Shown: positions 1 through 11,735, counted from the first letter of the stretch. The stretch: DNA of 64,000 bases from Hadesarchaea archaeon (GCA_029259175.1 JAPDJH010000005.1:57913-121912), one strand, 5' to 3'. Numbers and translations: made by a program. The notes: generated by a model not told the origin, from the sequence alone.

Positions 1-383
1 TGGAGAGCCATCAGGTGTTCCTTGGTTTGGGGTTGAGGACAAGGCTCGTTGGCGGCGATGACAAGCAGAGCCCCATCCATCAGGGCCGCGCCTGAAAGCA
101 TCGTGGCCATCAGCATCTCGTGGCCGGGGGCATCCACAAACGAAACACGGCGAAGCTCTTTCGTGTTTCCACCGCAGTAAGGACACTTAGGCTTTGTACC
201 ACATCGCCCGCACTCTTCACATCTGTAAAAAGTGGTGTCGGCATATCCGAGCCGGATAGTTATGCCTCGCTTGATCTCCTCACTATGGGTGTCGGTCCAC
301 ACGCCGGAAAGGGCTTCGGTCAAAGTGGTCTTGCCATGATCGATGTGTCCGACCATCCCAATATTTACTGTAGCTTGTGGCAT
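1..383 (-). CDS. eif2g: Translation initiation factor aIF2 subunit gamma (N-terminal part; runs off the window)
   Basis: Not in ORF track. Manual translation gives [49 protein letters not shown], a Zn knuckle, FVDAPGHE and PQPQTKEH. Confidence 0.95.
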   Translation of the reverse strand, partial: MPQATVNIGMVGHIDHGKTTLTEALSGVWTDTHSEEIKRGITIRLGYADTTFYRCEECGRCGTKPKCPYCGGNTKELRRVSFVDAPGHEMLMATMLSGAALMDGALLVIAANEPCPQPQTKEHLMAL

Positions 384-422
384 GTACTCACACCACTACA
401 CCGCTCTGAAATGATAAAAACT

Positions 423-836
423 TCAGGATTGGGACTGGGAGGATGCTGACTCCTCTTTTTTACCAAAAACTTCTTCTAGCGGTTTTTCTCCTTTCTTCAC
501 AACTTTTGTGTTTATCTGGACTATGGCGTCGGAGATTTGACGTCCGCGAACACGTTTTCTTCTCCGCTCGCCGCGCTTCATCGGTCTGAAACCCGGAGGC
601 GAGCTGAGCAATATAGTTTTTCGACCTGGGCCAGCAACGTCGGGGCGCATCGGAAAACCGTCGCGATCCGTCCCGCCTGTTATTTGAAGCTCATAACCAG
701 GGAGACCCACGATAGAACCATCGAATCGATCCCCGATTTTGAGACCGATGAGTCTCCGGGACTCCGGTTCTTTTACTTCCACCTGATAGCTTCGGCCACT
801 CTCCGGATCTGAGATCACTATCTTAAACGGCACCAA
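423..836 (-). CDS. rps6e: 30S ribosomal protein S6e
   Basis: FKIVISDP, LQITGGTDRDGFPMRPDV, GERRRKRVRG motifs. Confidence 0.95.
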   Translation of the reverse strand: MVPFKIVISDPESGRSYQVEVKEPESRRLIGLKIGDRFDGSIVGLPGYELQITGGTDRDGFPMRPDVAGPGRKTILLSSPPGFRPMKRGERRRKRVRGRQISDAIVQINTKVVKKGEKPLEEVFGKKEESASSQSQS

Positions 837-951
837 CCATCACCTTTGCATCACTGGAGTGCGCGGGATTAAAAACTTACGTGTGGGTGTTGGATCTCAC
901 CAGGAGACTTGCCACAACCCCGACCCTCTACGGTAAAACGTGAAATATCGT

Positions 952-2742
952 TCACATCACACCATATGTCGGATCCTTTCGTTGCTTGATGGCAATAATT
1001 TCATCTAGAACCGCTAGTTCGTCGCCGGAAAGCAAGTCTCTCAAGTCTTTTTTGAGAACCAATACGTGATCTCGCGGAACGTCTGTATAGAGAGTGTCTC
1101 CCTCTCTTATGTTACGCCCCACTACGCCCCCATCGATAGAAATCGCCAGTTCATCGCCTAGCCGAGCCTCTTGGACCGACTGCTTCTCCTTCTGGAGTTC
1201 GCGCACCGTGCCCACTTCTTTTCCATCGGAGCGAATCAGCGGCACTTTTGGCTTCAACACGCCTCCCACCACATCGATCCCTACTATCGCAGGGTCGCTT
1301 CTCCTAAACACGTACCCGGGCTTGATCACCAGTTTGGCCGGTCTGATAAAGGCACTCAATCGTTCTGCACGGATTGCTTCTCTTTTCTGCTGCATCCATT
1401 TCTTATAATTCTCGAACAAACGGTAGATCACCTGATCCTCAACTATTTCTACACCTTCCTGTGAGGCAATGGTGCGTGCTTCGGGCAGGACTTTAACGTT
1501 GAAACAAAGAACTACTCCGTAAAGCGGCTCCGCCTGCGCGACCGATGCCGCTTCCATCACGTCGCGCTTTGACACATCACCTATATCTGCAAGTCTTATC
1601 GGAATGTTCTCGGCGGCCAATTGATTTTCTATTGCTTCCAGCGATCCCAGAGCGTCGGCTTTGACCACCACACCGTTGACATCGGAGCTTATGCGGACTT
1701 TTTCCATCTCTTGTTGCATTTCTCTCCAAGCTTGTTCCCCCTCTTTCTCGCTTTTTATGACCAAGAATGGAGCTCCAGCCACTGCTCCTTCTAGGTTGGG
1801 AGCTGCGATTTTTACTCCAGCGGCAGCATAAGCCGCGGGAACTGTCCGAAAACGGTCCTCGGGATCGCGGATTTCGTCCAATGGTTTGGGCTTAAGGATG
1901 GCACGCACCTTTGAAATGATGGGTTTCTCTAGGCCCCCAACCACAAACATGTCTCCGCGCCTGACACATCCATCATAAATGATCACATCGAGTGTTTTGC
2001 CCAAACCCGTGGTCTCCTTCACCTCCAGCACCGTTCCTCGCGCTGGTCCGGAAACCTCTAGTCTTAGCCGATCTTCGAGAAAACGCTGGGCCAAGCCAAA
2101 CAATATCGCAAGCACCTCGGGGATCCCCTCCCCCGTTTTGGCGCTGGCAGGAATTATCGAGACCTGTCTTCGGAAATCCGAGACCCTGTCAAAGCGCTCG
2201 GATTCGAAACCCAAATCGTAAAGCTTGCCTATAAGCTCGTATACTTTTTCGTCCAAGAGCTGTTGAACTCTCGAAGGCTGGGAAGCAAACGAGTCCAAAA
2301 AACATGACTTCGGCTGGACTTTCCATCCGGGTAACAGGTCTATTTTGTTCGCCACAAGCACAAAAGGTGTTCGATAGCTTTTCAGGATGGTTATGGATTC
2401 GAGCGTTTGAGGCATGAATCCCTCATTGATATCTACCACAAGCGCCGCCAAATCAGCGAGCGCCCCACCGCGTCGTCTCAAATTGGTAAAAGCCTCGTGA
2501 CCAGGGGTATCAATAAACAACAAGCCTGGAAGCTTCAGTTCTATGTTGAATCGTTTGAGAAGCGGACCACATAGCTGCCGGATTGTCTCAGCAGGAACCT
2601 CTGTAGCGCCTATATGTTGAGAGATGCCCCCAGCTTCGCGGGCTGCAACAGCGGTGCCCCTGATGGTGTCGAGCAAAAGAGTTTTTCCGTGGTCCACGTG
2701 GCCTAAGACCGATATTATGGGCTGCCGGACACATTTCTCCAT
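952..2742 (-). CDS. infB: Translation initiation factor aIF5B (IF-2)
   Basis: RQPIISVLGHVDHGKT, GGISQHIGA, FIDTPGHEAFTNLRRRGG, NKID; no intein. Confidence 0.97.
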   Translation of the reverse strand: MEKCVRQPIISVLGHVDHGKTLLLDTIRGTAVAAREAGGISQHIGATEVPAETIRQLCGPLLKRFNIELKLPGLLFIDTPGHEAFTNLRRRGGALADLAALVVDINEGFMPQTLESITILKSYRTPFVLVANKIDLLPGWKVQPKSCFLDSFASQPSRVQQLLDEKVYELIGKLYDLGFESERFDRVSDFRRQVSIIPASAKTGEGIPEVLAILFGLAQRFLEDRLRLEVSGPARGTVLEVKETTGLGKTLDVIIYDGCVRRGDMFVVGGLEKPIISKVRAILKPKPLDEIRDPEDRFRTVPAAYAAAGVKIAAPNLEGAVAGAPFLVIKSEKEGEQAWREMQQEMEKVRISSDVNGVVVKADALGSLEAIENQLAAENIPIRLADIGDVSKRDVMEAASVAQAEPLYGVVLCFNVKVLPEARTIASQEGVEIVEDQVIYRLFENYKKWMQQKREAIRAERLSAFIRPAKLVIKPGYVFRRSDPAIVGIDVVGGVLKPKVPLIRSDGKEVGTVRELQKEKQSVQEARLGDELAISIDGGVVGRNIREGDTLYTDVPRDHVLVLKKDLRDLLSGDELAVLDEIIAIKQRKDPTYGVM

Positions 2743-2785
2743 TTTAAATCCCGCTTCTATTTTGACAACGCCCTAGATAAAACAA

Positions 2786-3187
2786 TCAGAAAAAAAGAGA
2801 AAGTTCTCGTTTCGCGCTCTCCGGTGAATCTGCTGCATGAATCACGTTCTGAGTTACTGTTGTTCCGTAATCCCCACGTATGGTGCCCTTGGGCGCCTTC
2901 GCGGGATCTGTAGGTCCTATCAGAGCACGCACTCTGGCCACAGCATTCTCTCCTCTCACCAGCATGAGGACGACATCGCCAGAAATCGTGAACTGAATCA
3001 GGCGCTCAAAAAATTCTTTTCCCCGATGGGGCTCGTAAAGCCTCTCGGCTTCATCACGGGTTAATCGTTTTCTCTGCTTCCTCACTATCTCCAATCCTGC
3101 TGCTTCGATTCGTCTAACAATCTCGCTCTCCAGTCCTCGGGCTACACCATCTGGCTTTATCATTACCAAAGTTTCTTCTACGACCAT
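2786..3187 (-). CDS. ndk: Nucleoside diphosphate kinase
   Basis: TLVMIKPDGV, GTIRGDYG, NVIHAADS. Confidence 0.96.
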   Translation of the reverse strand: MVVEETLVMIKPDGVARGLESEIVRRIEAAGLEIVRKQRKRLTRDEAERLYEPHRGKEFFERLIQFTISGDVVLMLVRGENAVARVRALIGPTDPAKAPKGTIRGDYGTTVTQNVIHAADSPESAKRELSLFF

Positions 3188-3282
3188 CGGTTAACATAAT
3201 GTTAAACGACTTTTAACTTTTTGTCATCGGCTTTTCCTAACCGCAAAATCACATTCCTAAAACCTGAGTTAAAAGAATCGTG

Positions 3283-3477
3283 TCATGTTAGCTTTCCTCG
3301 CAGTTTGCGCGAACGCTCTGTCCATCTAATCTTCTGTGGCTTGCGGCCCAATCGATAATTGCGTTCGCACTTGCTGGCACAGAAAAAAAGCACCGTACCA
3401 TCATTACGAACAAACATAAGCCCTCGTCCCGGTTCTATTCTGCCACCGCAAAACGAACACTTTCTAACCTGTGGCAT
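3283..3477 (-). CDS. rpl24e: 50S ribosomal protein L24e
   Basis: CSFCG..IEPGRG.MFVRNDG..FFCASKC. Confidence 0.95.
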   Translation of the reverse strand: MPQVRKCSFCGGRIEPGRGLMFVRNDGTVLFFCASKCERNYRLGRKPQKIRWTERSRKLRGKLT

Positions 3478-3479
3478 CG

Positions 3480-3701
3480 CTATGGCACCTTTATCTCTCT
3501 GGCCTCGCGCTCCGTCTCGCGAAGCATGAGAATGTCCCCCACACGCACGGGCCCTTTTACGTTGCGAGTGATGATCCTCCCCTTATCCCGTCCATCCAGT
3601 ATTCTGCACTTTACCTGCAGGATCTCACCAGTAACGCCCGTCCGCGCTCTAACTTCAATTACCTCAGCCGGATATCCCAAGCCCTCCTCTTCTTCAGGCA
3701 T
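3480..3701 (-). CDS. rps28e: 30S ribosomal protein S28e
   Basis: [44 protein letters not shown]; start moved to ATG at 3701. Confidence 0.94.
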   Translation of the reverse strand: MPEEEEGLGYPAEVIEVRARTGVTGEILQVKCRILDGRDKGRIITRNVKGPVRVGDILMLRETEREAREIKVP

Positions 3702-3705
3702 AGAA

Positions 3706-4077
3706 TCACTTCTTGAGTTCCTTGATGCGCTCAACTATTTCGTTCACCAAGTCCGCTGCCTCTCCGGGCTCGATTATTGCCGCCGATGCCGCTGCGACTT
3801 CGATACCACTCGCTGCTCCCAGTTCCTGTTTACTCGGCACGTAGACATAGGGAGTCTCTTTTTCATCGCAGAGCGGGGGTAAGTGGGCCACTACTTCGGG
3901 CGGGTCCACATCTTCCGCTATGACAACCAGCTTCGCTTGTTTGCGTTCGACTGCCTTGGTAACCTCGTTCGTGCCGCGCTTGACTTTCCCCGTGTCGCGT
4001 GCGCGTTCGATCGCCTCGTATGCCTTGTCGGCGAGTTCCTTCGGGACTTCAAACCGCACGTATATCGGCTTGGCCAT
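3706..4077 (-). CDS. rpl7ae: 50S ribosomal protein L7Ae (K-turn binding)
   Basis: [31 protein letters not shown]. Confidence 0.97.
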   Translation of the reverse strand: MAKPIYVRFEVPKELADKAYEAIERARDTGKVKRGTNEVTKAVERKQAKLVVIAEDVDPPEVVAHLPPLCDEKETPYVYVPSKQELGAASGIEVAAASAAIIEPGEAADLVNEIVERIKELKK

Positions 4078-4084
4078 TCACACA

Positions 4085-4120
4085 CCTCCTTCGGGTTATA
4101 CCTTCATCATTCATTAGCGT
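4085..4120 (-). promoter_or_regulatory. Putative K-turn (box C/D-like) element in the rpl7ae 5' UTR, adjoining the Shine-Dalgarno
   Basis: Minus strand AUGAUGA-A-GGU-AUA-ACC-CGA-AGGAGGUG directly upstream of the start codon. Confidence 0.6.
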
Positions 4121-4167
4121 AAAAGGATTATGGCGAGCCCATAAAAAGGATTTGGATGAGAGGTCTT

Positions 4168-5640
4168 TCACCGCTTCATTTTCTCCCATATCTCTAGCAG
4201 TCGCTCTTTCCATTCTCCATCTGCCAAAACTTCGATTCCAACGTACCTGTGTTTGTTCCGTTCAAGAAACCGTCTAACGGCGTCCAAGGTCTGACGGATC
4301 GTTTCCTCTTCCACCTCTTCTGGGATCTCATGCTGCCACAGCGGGTACATCTCCTCCAATTCCTCCGGAATGGGGCCGAACGGGGGTACAACTTTAACAA
4401 AATGAGGATTGGGGGAAGTGCTCTTGGGTTTCGCCCGGTCTCCAAAAGCAACGTACAGAACCAACGTCTTTCCTTCCGGAGGTGAGTATTGTTCCAGTCT
4501 CTGCCGGTATCTCAACACTTCTGGCCTATGGCGACAATCGGGTCCGAGATAGAAAAATGCCGATGATTTGCTCACCGGATCATAGCGTTCGATAAAATCG
4601 GCGTGTCGGTAGAACTCCTTCAACCCTTCCAGCAATCGCGGATGTGCCCGACACCTCTGCTCGAGGAGTTCGAACAGCCACCCCTCCCATATTGCCTGCC
4701 GGATAGTGCGGATTTCAGCAAAAGTCACGTAAAGGTTGTGGCGGCTCAAAAAATCGATTTGCTCGGATTCTGACATCTCACGGACCTCTCGGGGGGTGTT
4801 CTTGACACACATTGGACAGTCGCAAGGAAACCATTCCAATTCACTTAGCTGATGAGTACCGTGAACGGTGAGATATCGGCCGTCCTTTGCGTACAATGCA
4901 TACGCTGCAGAATCGAACAGGTCACAACCCATTGCAACCCCTAGAGCTAAAAACATTGGATGGCCTACACCAAAAAGATGAACCGGTCTCTCCACCGGCA
5001 AATTGCGCTTAGCCGCCATCGTGAGGCGAACCACATCACGGAAGCGATAGTTTTCTAAAAGCTCGACCGGACTTCCGATCGCATGCACATGATATTCCAG
5101 CCGGCCCATCTCTCGAGCGCACGTCTCTACTAGATCTGTGAAAAGCCCTCCCTGGATTGGGCCACACCAAAGCATGTCTGTCCGAGTCCTGATTTGTTGT
5201 GCTCGCTTTGCCCTCTCGACAGTTATTCTCACCGTCTCCTCTGCTTTTTCTCTGGTGGCTGTAGCACCTGTGGGTACATCGAGAATGGTGGCGATATCCG
5301 AACCAATGCTTTCCTGATACTTCACTATTTCATCTGGATCCACCTCTATCACGCCGTGGCGCAACAACTGGTATGCGCCGCTATCGGTCATTATAGGGCC
5401 GTCGAATTCCAAGAGATTGTGAACGCCTTTCTCGGAGGCGGAGGGGCCAAAATTGCGCCATATCAGATAAGCGTTGGTAATCAGGATTTCTGCGCCAAAT
5501 TTCTTTAGTTCGGAACAAGGGATGGTAATCCGCGCCGGGTTTATTACCGGCATCAGAGTAGGGGTTTCCACTATCCCGTGGCGCGTCCGAAGTCGGCCTA
5601 TTCGGGCCAAACCATCATGACACAGTACCTCGAACATCAA
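4168..5640 (-). CDS. tgtA: Archaeosine tRNA-guanine(15) transglycosylase, short form without an evident PUA domain
   Basis: ARIGRL.T.HG.VETPTLMPV, MTDSGAYQ, DLFDSAAY, CDCPMC...HNL Zn site. Confidence 0.92.
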   Translation of the reverse strand: MMFEVLCHDGLARIGRLRTRHGIVETPTLMPVINPARITIPCSELKKFGAEILITNAYLIWRNFGPSASEKGVHNLLEFDGPIMTDSGAYQLLRHGVIEVDPDEIVKYQESIGSDIATILDVPTGATATREKAEETVRITVERAKRAQQIRTRTDMLWCGPIQGGLFTDLVETCAREMGRLEYHVHAIGSPVELLENYRFRDVVRLTMAAKRNLPVERPVHLFGVGHPMFLALGVAMGCDLFDSAAYALYAKDGRYLTVHGTHQLSELEWFPCDCPMCVKNTPREVREMSESEQIDFLSRHNLYVTFAEIRTIRQAIWEGWLFELLEQRCRAHPRLLEGLKEFYRHADFIERYDPVSKSSAFFYLGPDCRHRPEVLRYRQRLEQYSPPEGKTLVLYVAFGDRAKPKSTSPNPHFVKVVPPFGPIPEELEEMYPLWQHEIPEEVEEETIRQTLDAVRRFLERNKHRYVGIEVLADGEWKERLLEIWEKMKR

Positions 5641-5676
5641 ACAACAACACGTGCTGAAAAATAAGAGTCTTCGTGT

Positions 5677-6882
5677 TCAACACACCGAATGCTTGCCCTC
5701 TGCTAGTTCTTTGCAAAAAACGTCTATTCGCTCCAGCTCCGAATCGATGATTTCACGGATTTTCGGTTCAACTTCTTTTAGTTTTGTTCCCTTTGCAGGG
5801 ATTACCCGTGCTGCTGCCAGCGCCGGCTGGTCGATCGGTTTTCCGATCTGGCTAACCAGCCACACATAGACCTCTCGTAGGCCGGGAACTTGAGAGTGGA
5901 TTTCCTTCGCTATTCTGTGGGTGAGGAGGTTGTATATTTTGCCCACGTGGCTCACAGGATTCTTGCCAGCCGCAGCTTCAGATCCCATGTGCCGGTTGAG
6001 GGGGATAACTCCATTTGGCCTGTTCCCACGACCAACTTGGCCCGAATCAGCGCCATCGGCGCTCGTACCAAGCACTGTAAGATAAATGCCTCCCACGCCC
6101 CTCCCTCGAGTATCTAGAGTGTTAATACGGAGTTCAAGATCCAAATCAACTTGCTCTTTCAAGAATTTCAACACGCGTTCGTGGACTTCCTCCTTTCTCC
6201 TGAAGTACTCATCCTCGTTTTCAATGAATCTGTCCACAAAGGCCGCTCCGATCGTTACTGAAAGCTTGGAATTCGTTCTGAACCCCATCACCTTGATATC
6301 CTCGCCCACTTCAGGGAATTCTCGTTTGAATTCCTTCGAATTCATAAAACGTTCGGTCTCCAGCACCACGCGCTCTGTTTTCGACATCGGAGCATACCCG
6401 ACCGCGGCTGAAGTGTCATTGGCACTGAGAACCTTGCCTCCGCGCTTGAAAATGTCGGTCAGGGCCGCCGATCCTGGCTTCAACTCCACCTGATATCGGA
6501 TATGCTTATCCGGATCCACAAATCGAAGGTTCGATTTGATCCAATCCTTTGCAGCTCTTATTGCTATATCTTTCACCGGAATGATTTTGTCTCCCACACG
6601 ATCGGTCGCCCGGTCACCAAAAATCAACAACATTGGCTGTTTCACTTCTCCACCTCCAAACCGGGTTTCCACCTCTCCTGCAACAAGCAAGGACTTGTCG
6701 GTGTTGTGATGAAGGATGGTTCCAAACTGTTTGAGGTATTCCCGGCTGAGCTCCACCGATACTCGGTCCAAAATGGCATCACAGATAGTATCCGGGTGAC
6801 CCAGACCTTTTCGCTCCACGATTTCTAATTTTTGTTCTTCCAATGGTGTTTGCTTGAACTCTTCGACTACAATATTTCGCAA
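5677..6882 (-). CDS. mat: S-adenosylmethionine synthetase, archaeal type
   Basis: [53 protein letters not shown]; likely TTG start at 6882. Confidence 0.95.
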   Translation of the reverse strand: MRNIVVEEFKQTPLEEQKLEIVERKGLGHPDTICDAILDRVSVELSREYLKQFGTILHHNTDKSLLVAGEVETRFGGGEVKQPMLLIFGDRATDRVGDKIIPVKDIAIRAAKDWIKSNLRFVDPDKHIRYQVELKPGSAALTDIFKRGGKVLSANDTSAAVGYAPMSKTERVVLETERFMNSKEFKREFPEVGEDIKVMGFRTNSKLSVTIGAAFVDRFIENEDEYFRRKEEVHERVLKFLKEQVDLDLELRINTLDTRGRGVGGIYLTVLGTSADGADSGQVGRGNRPNGVIPLNRHMGSEAAAGKNPVSHVGKIYNLLTHRIAKEIHSQVPGLREVYVWLVSQIGKPIDQPALAAARVIPAKGTKLKEVEPKIREIIDSELERIDVFCKELAEGKHSVC

Positions 6883-6949
6883 ATCGACCCCTGGGTGCTT
6901 ATAGTTGAAATTGCTTATAAAGGTTGAGACGGGAATAACTGCGAGGAAT

Positions 6950-7525
6950 ATGCGAGTGTGGTTGCCCACGGGTTCTGAAATAAAAAAGCTTCGCATACGC
7001 GCCGGACTCACTCAAAAGGAACTCGCAGACTTGGCAGGAGTAACACAGGCATATATCGCAAAGATAGAGAGCGGACAAGCTGATCCGAAGCTGTCCACGT
7101 TAAGGAAAATCATAGAGACCATCGAAAAACGGCTTTCAACCGTGTCCCCGGTATGCGCGAAGGATATTGCAACTCGGCCCGTGATCTCAGTGAAACCATC
7201 AGAGCCTATCCGAAAAGCCATTTCGCTCATGGAAAAACACAGCATTTCTCAACTTCCAGTCCTTCATGAAGGTCGACAACTCGGGTCCATCAGCGAAACA
7301 ACGCTTGTAAACCGTGTTGCTCGAGGAGAAAAACTTGCTTCTTTGCTGAGGGCCCGGATTTCTACCGTTATGGAAGAGCCCTTTCCCGTTGTGAGTGGTG
7401 AGACAGAAGTACAACGCGTATACCTGCTTCTGGAAGAGCATCCTGCCGTACTCATCACAGAGGAAGGAAAAATCACCGGCATCATAACACGGGCAGATGT
7501 CTTTAAGCTTAAAGGTAGAGCGTGA
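6950..7525 (+). CDS. XRE HTH + CBS-pair transcriptional regulator
   Basis: IKKLRIRAGLTQKELADLAGVTQAYIAKIESG plus two CBS repeats (SQLPVL, GIITRAD). Confidence 0.88.
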   Translation: MRVWLPTGSEIKKLRIRAGLTQKELADLAGVTQAYIAKIESGQADPKLSTLRKIIETIEKRLSTVSPVCAKDIATRPVISVKPSEPIRKAISLMEKHSISQLPVLHEGRQLGSISETTLVNRVARGEKLASLLRARISTVMEEPFPVVSGETEVQRVYLLLEEHPAVLITEEGKITGIITRADVFKLKGRA

Positions 7526-7560
7526 TAAGCTTTTTCCGATTACGAACAAAGTAGTCGTGG

Positions 7561-8268
7561 ATGAACGATAAAGAAAAAGTTATGAAATGGATTGCTGGAG
7601 AAATTGTTCTCTCGGATAATCCGGGGGAAAGCTTAAAATTTTGGAGGGAGCGCTTTCGGGTGTCTCAGGCAGATCTGGCCAAAGCGCTTAAAGTTACCCC
7701 TTCTGTAATTAGCGATTATGAGTCCGGGCGTAGAAAGTCCCCCGGAACCGCCACCATCCGCAAAATTGTAAAAACGCTGATAAACATGGATGAAATGAGC
7801 GGAGGGGAAGTAATCCGTAGTCTCTCCCACGTGTTCGGAACTCGTTTGTCTCCGGAGATTGTGCTCGAAATAAGAGAGTATCCGCAACCGGTCAAAAGTC
7901 ACACGGTAATCAAGGCTATTCAAGGTGAAGTTGCTGCCAATCCAGAGCTTCTCGAGCAAAGTGTTTTCGGTTATACTGTGATCGACAGTGTGAAAGCAAT
8001 CCTCACTCTCAGTCATGAAGACTTTAGACGTCTTTACGGGCTTACTACCGAACGGGTTCTTGCTTTTACCGGAGTAACTACCGGACGCTCACCGATGGTT
8101 GCCGTTCGGGTTATAGGCATAACTCCGGGCATGGTGGTCCTTCACGGAGCAATCAAGCAAGTGGATGAACTCGCGATAAAGATTGCTCAGCTATTAAAAG
8201 TGCCACTTGTGCTCTCCAAGCTTGAAACTACAGAAGAATTGCTGTTAGCACTTCGGAAATGTGGATAG
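7561..8268 (+). CDS. HTH transcriptional regulator (COG1709-like, typically beside HMG-CoA synthase)
   Basis: [49 protein letters not shown]. Confidence 0.85.
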   Translation: MNDKEKVMKWIAGEIVLSDNPGESLKFWRERFRVSQADLAKALKVTPSVISDYESGRRKSPGTATIRKIVKTLINMDEMSGGEVIRSLSHVFGTRLSPEIVLEIREYPQPVKSHTVIKAIQGEVAANPELLEQSVFGYTVIDSVKAILTLSHEDFRRLYGLTTERVLAFTGVTTGRSPMVAVRVIGITPGMVVLHGAIKQVDELAIKIAQLLKVPLVLSKLETTEELLLALRKCG

Positions 8269-8354
8269 GCATCGACAATTGTCGATTTCCGATACGACAC
8301 CGAAAAAAGGATAAAAAAACTGCATCACACCATTTAACAAGCCTTGGTGAAAGG

Positions 8355-9416
8355 ATGATAAAAGTTGGCATCGTGGGCTACGGGGTTTACATTCCGAGAT
8401 ACCGCATCAAAGTAGAAGAAATCGCGAGAGTGTGGGGTGCTGATCCAAACCAAATCATGTCGGGGCTTCGAATTCGGGAAAAGTCGGTGCCCGGACCGGA
8501 CGAAGACACAGCAACCATCGCCGTTGAAGCAGCGAGAAATGCTGTAAAATACGCCAACGTTAATCCTCGAGACATCGGTGCCATATATGTTGGTTCCGAG
8601 TCTCATCCCTATGCCGTAAAACCCACGGCAACAATCGTGGCAGAAGCTATCGAAGCCACGCCCAGTCTGACTGCTGCTGACTTGGAATTCGCCTGCAAAG
8701 CAGGTACAGCTGGTCTTCAAGCTTGTATAGGTCTCGTGGGAAGCAACATCATCAAGTACGGGATGGCTATAGGAGCGGATACCGCTCAAGGTGCACCAGG
8801 CGATCCCCTCGAGTACTCGGCTGCGGCTGGGGGTGCGGCCTTCATTGTGGGCGCCTCCGAGGCCAATCAAACCATCGCTGACTTCGAAACGACATGTTCA
8901 TACACTACTGATACACCCGATTTCTGGAGAAGGGAGGGAAAGCCGTATCCGAAACACGGTGGGAGGTTTACTGGACGGCCAGCCTACTTTAAACACGTGC
9001 TGTCAGCCGCCCATGCACTGCTCCGAAAGTTAAGATTGACTCCCGAAGACTTCACATATGCTGTCTTCCACCAGCCCAATGGAAAGTTCCCGATTCAAGC
9101 TGCGAAAGAACTGGGCTTCACCAAAGAGCAGATAGAGCCCGGACTATTGGCCCCAAGGATAGGAAACACCTACTCTGGTTCGTCTATGCTTGGTCTGGCC
9201 GCTGTTCTCGATGTCGCCAAGCCGGGAGATCGCATAATGGTGGTCTCCTATGGATCCGGTGCTGGGAGCGATGCATTTAGCATAGTTGTGAACGAAATGA
9301 TCGAGCAAAGGAGAAAAAACAGTCAAGCACCTCCCGTGGAATTCTACATAAACTGGAAGAAATACATTGATTATGCGACGTATGCTAAATATCGCAATCT
9401 GCTGGTGGTGGGATGA
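8355..9416 (+). CDS. Hydroxymethylglutaryl-CoA synthase
   Basis: [48 protein letters not shown]; ATG 8355 after GGTGA. Confidence 0.94.
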   Translation: MIKVGIVGYGVYIPRYRIKVEEIARVWGADPNQIMSGLRIREKSVPGPDEDTATIAVEAARNAVKYANVNPRDIGAIYVGSESHPYAVKPTATIVAEAIEATPSLTAADLEFACKAGTAGLQACIGLVGSNIIKYGMAIGADTAQGAPGDPLEYSAAAGGAAFIVGASEANQTIADFETTCSYTTDTPDFWRREGKPYPKHGGRFTGRPAYFKHVLSAAHALLRKLRLTPEDFTYAVFHQPNGKFPIQAAKELGFTKEQIEPGLLAPRIGNTYSGSSMLGLAAVLDVAKPGDRIMVVSYGSGAGSDAFSIVVNEMIEQRRKNSQAPPVEFYINWKKYIDYATYAKYRNLLVVG

Positions 9417-10576
9417 GAGAGGTAGCGGTGATTGGAGTAGGCTTGACCAAGTTCGGCGAGCAATGGGATATCTCATTCAGAGAGATGTTGCTCGAAGCCG
9501 GGATCCGTGCCATCGAAGACGCAGGGATTGACGGAAAGCAACTCGATGCGTTGTATGTGGGAAACATGTCGGCAGGACAGTTCGTGAAACAAGAACACAT
9601 CGCATCGCTCATAGCCGACAACGCTGGATTGACACCCATAGCTGCCACCAGAGTAGAAGCTGCGTGTGCCTCTGGCGGGCTCGCGTTCAGGCAGGCAGTT
9701 ATTGCCGTTGCTTCTGGCCACCATGACTTCGTGGTCGCCGCCGGGATAGAGAAGATGACGGATTTGCTGACTGCTGGGGTCACTGGGGCTCTCGCCACAG
9801 CTGCCGATCAAGAATGGGAGGTTTACCAGGGGGCCACGTTTCCTGCTTTATACGCTTTGATGGCGCGGCGACACATGCACGAATTCGGAACCACTGAAGA
9901 GCAGCTCGCGATGGTGGCCGTTAAAAACCACTCCAACGCCTGTCTCAATCCCTACGCGCAGTACCACACTAAAATCACTGTTGAGCAGGTTTTGAAATCC
10001 CCGCCCGTTGCCAAGCCCTTAAAACTCTTGGATTGTTCACCCATAACGGACGGTGCGGCGTGTGTGATTCTGGCTCCCGCAGAAAAGGCACGTCGATTCA
10101 CGGACACGCCCATATTGGTGGCGGGTACTGGACAGGCCAGCGACACCATTTCTCTTCACAGCCGCCAAACACTCACCGGGCTTATGGCGACTGTGGAGGC
10201 CGCGCGTGCTGCCTATAAAATGGCTGGCATGGGACCAAAGGATGTTGACCTTGCCGAAGTTCACGATTGTTTCACGATCGCCGAAATAATGGCTATCGAA
10301 GATCTGGGATTCTGCAAGAAAGGAAAGGGGGGTCAGCTAACAGAAGAAGGAGAGACCGCTCTTGGTGGTAAGATACCCATCAACACCAGCGGGGGGCTCA
10401 AAGGGAAAGGACATCCAGTCGGGGCCACCGGAATTGCCCAAGTAGTGGAGATAGTCACCCAGCTCCGTGGGGAGGCTGGAAAGCGACAAGTGGACGGTGC
10501 AGAAATAGGACTGGCGCACAATGTGGGCGGATCCGGTGGGACCGCTGTGGTACACGTGTTAAGGAGGATGGACTAA
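9413..10576 (+). CDS. Acetoacetyl-CoA thiolase
   Basis: [34 protein letters not shown]. Confidence 0.94.
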   Translation: MREVAVIGVGLTKFGEQWDISFREMLLEAGIRAIEDAGIDGKQLDALYVGNMSAGQFVKQEHIASLIADNAGLTPIAATRVEAACASGGLAFRQAVIAVASGHHDFVVAAGIEKMTDLLTAGVTGALATAADQEWEVYQGATFPALYALMARRHMHEFGTTEEQLAMVAVKNHSNACLNPYAQYHTKITVEQVLKSPPVAKPLKLLDCSPITDGAACVILAPAEKARRFTDTPILVAGTGQASDTISLHSRQTLTGLMATVEAARAAYKMAGMGPKDVDLAEVHDCFTIAEIMAIEDLGFCKKGKGGQLTEEGETALGGKIPINTSGGLKGKGHPVGATGIAQVVEIVTQLRGEAGKRQVDGAEIGLAHNVGGSGGTAVVHVLRRMD

Positions 10577-10977
10577 TGGGCGTGCCCCGATTCTGGAGAG
10601 AGATCCCGAGCCGGTACAACCTGATCGGTGTGAAATGTGGAAACTGCAACAAGATTTTGTTCCCGCCCAGATTCATCTGTCCTCACTGCCGCAGGACGGG
10701 AAAACTCGAACCCTACAAATTGAAACCGAAGGGGAAAGTGCTGTCTTACACCGTAATCCACGTCGCAGCACAGGGTTTCGAACGGATGGTGCCATACATC
10801 CTTGGCATAATAGAACTGGAAGACGGACCAAGGATAATGGCTCAGATAACGGACTGTGATGAAAAGGAAATCAACATCGGAGACGAGGTTGAAATCATCT
10901 TTCGAAAAATGGGGGAAGAAGGGAAGGAAGGAGTCATCTATTACGGATTCAAGGCGCGAAAAATCCCGAAAAGCTAG
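10576..10977 (+). CDS. DUF35 Zn-ribbon/OB-fold scaffold of the thiolase-HMGS complex
   Basis: KCGNC..FPPR.ICPHC, YGFK; coupled to the thiolase stop. Confidence 0.9.
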   Translation: MGVPRFWREIPSRYNLIGVKCGNCNKILFPPRFICPHCRRTGKLEPYKLKPKGKVLSYTVIHVAAQGFERMVPYILGIIELEDGPRIMAQITDCDEKEINIGDEVEIIFRKMGEEGKEGVIYYGFKARKIPKS

Positions 10978-11735
10978 ATCCGTCTGGCAAAGGTCATATA
11001 ACCTGTATGGGCGATCATCCGTGTTTTGGGACGTGTGGCATTCGGCTTTACTTCGATTTCCCGCACCAAACACTCGATGGTGAAGATCTCTTTGAAGCGG
11101 TGGCTGCTCAACGCCTCATACACTCTCTTAACCGGCTCAATACAGGGAGAAAAAACAAAAAGGTGTCCGCCGGGCTTCAAAGCATTTTCAGCGTGTGGTA
11201 TCGCGTCCTCAGGCTTTGGGATATCCAAGGTAACCAGATCTACATCTCGCTCGTCTATGCCCTGACAGATGTCCTGCTGCTTTACCGTCACGACATCTTC
11301 GAGGCCGGTGAAGCGTATGTTTCTCCGCGCAAGCTCGACAAAATCTTCTCTTATCTCGTATGAGTAAACATGACCGGTCGGGCGAACCAGATGACCGAGA
11401 AAAATTGCCAAACAGCCCGAGCCGGTTCCGCCGTCCACAACCACGCTGCCCGGCCCCACCCCCGTGTTGGCGAGGATCTGTGCGGCATCCTTTGGAAGCA
11501 AAACCTGGGGGACACGCCGGATTTTCTGAATATAGTCTACTACAGACGGTCGCAATACTACAAACGGTTTTCCAAGATGTGAATGAATTACCGTTCCAGG
11601 TTGCGCTCCTATCGCCTGCGAGAGGTCTACCACGCCGAATCGGGTATTGAACTTTCGCGGCTCCGCTCTAACCAGATACTTGCCTCCTTGCTCGTCAATC
11701 AGCAGAACCCGCTCACCTTCAACAAACCCCGACAT
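10974..11735 (-). CDS. trmI: tRNA (adenine-57/58-N1)-methyltransferase
   Basis: PQVLLPKD, DGGTGSG.L, SYEIRED, LDIPKP, FSPCIE, HTGY. Confidence 0.9.
   Translation of the reverse strand: MSGFVEGERVLLIDEQGGKYLVRAEPRKFNTRFGVVDLSQAIGAQPGTVIHSHLGKPFVVLRPSVVDYIQKIRRVPQVLLPKDAAQILANTGVGPGSVVVDGGTGSGCLAIFLGHLVRPTGHVYSYEIREDFVELARRNIRFTGLEDVVTVKQQDICQGIDERDVDLVTLDIPKPEDAIPHAENALKPGGHLFVFSPCIEPVKRVYEALSSHRFKEIFTIECLVREIEVKPNATRPKTRMIAHTGYMTFARRI

Noticed and set aside
885-930. Possible H/ACA hairpin (minus strand, ends ACCC-ACA) between infB and rps6e
   Set aside because: No convincing K-turn/K-loop or pseudouridylation pocket; may be a simple hairpin.
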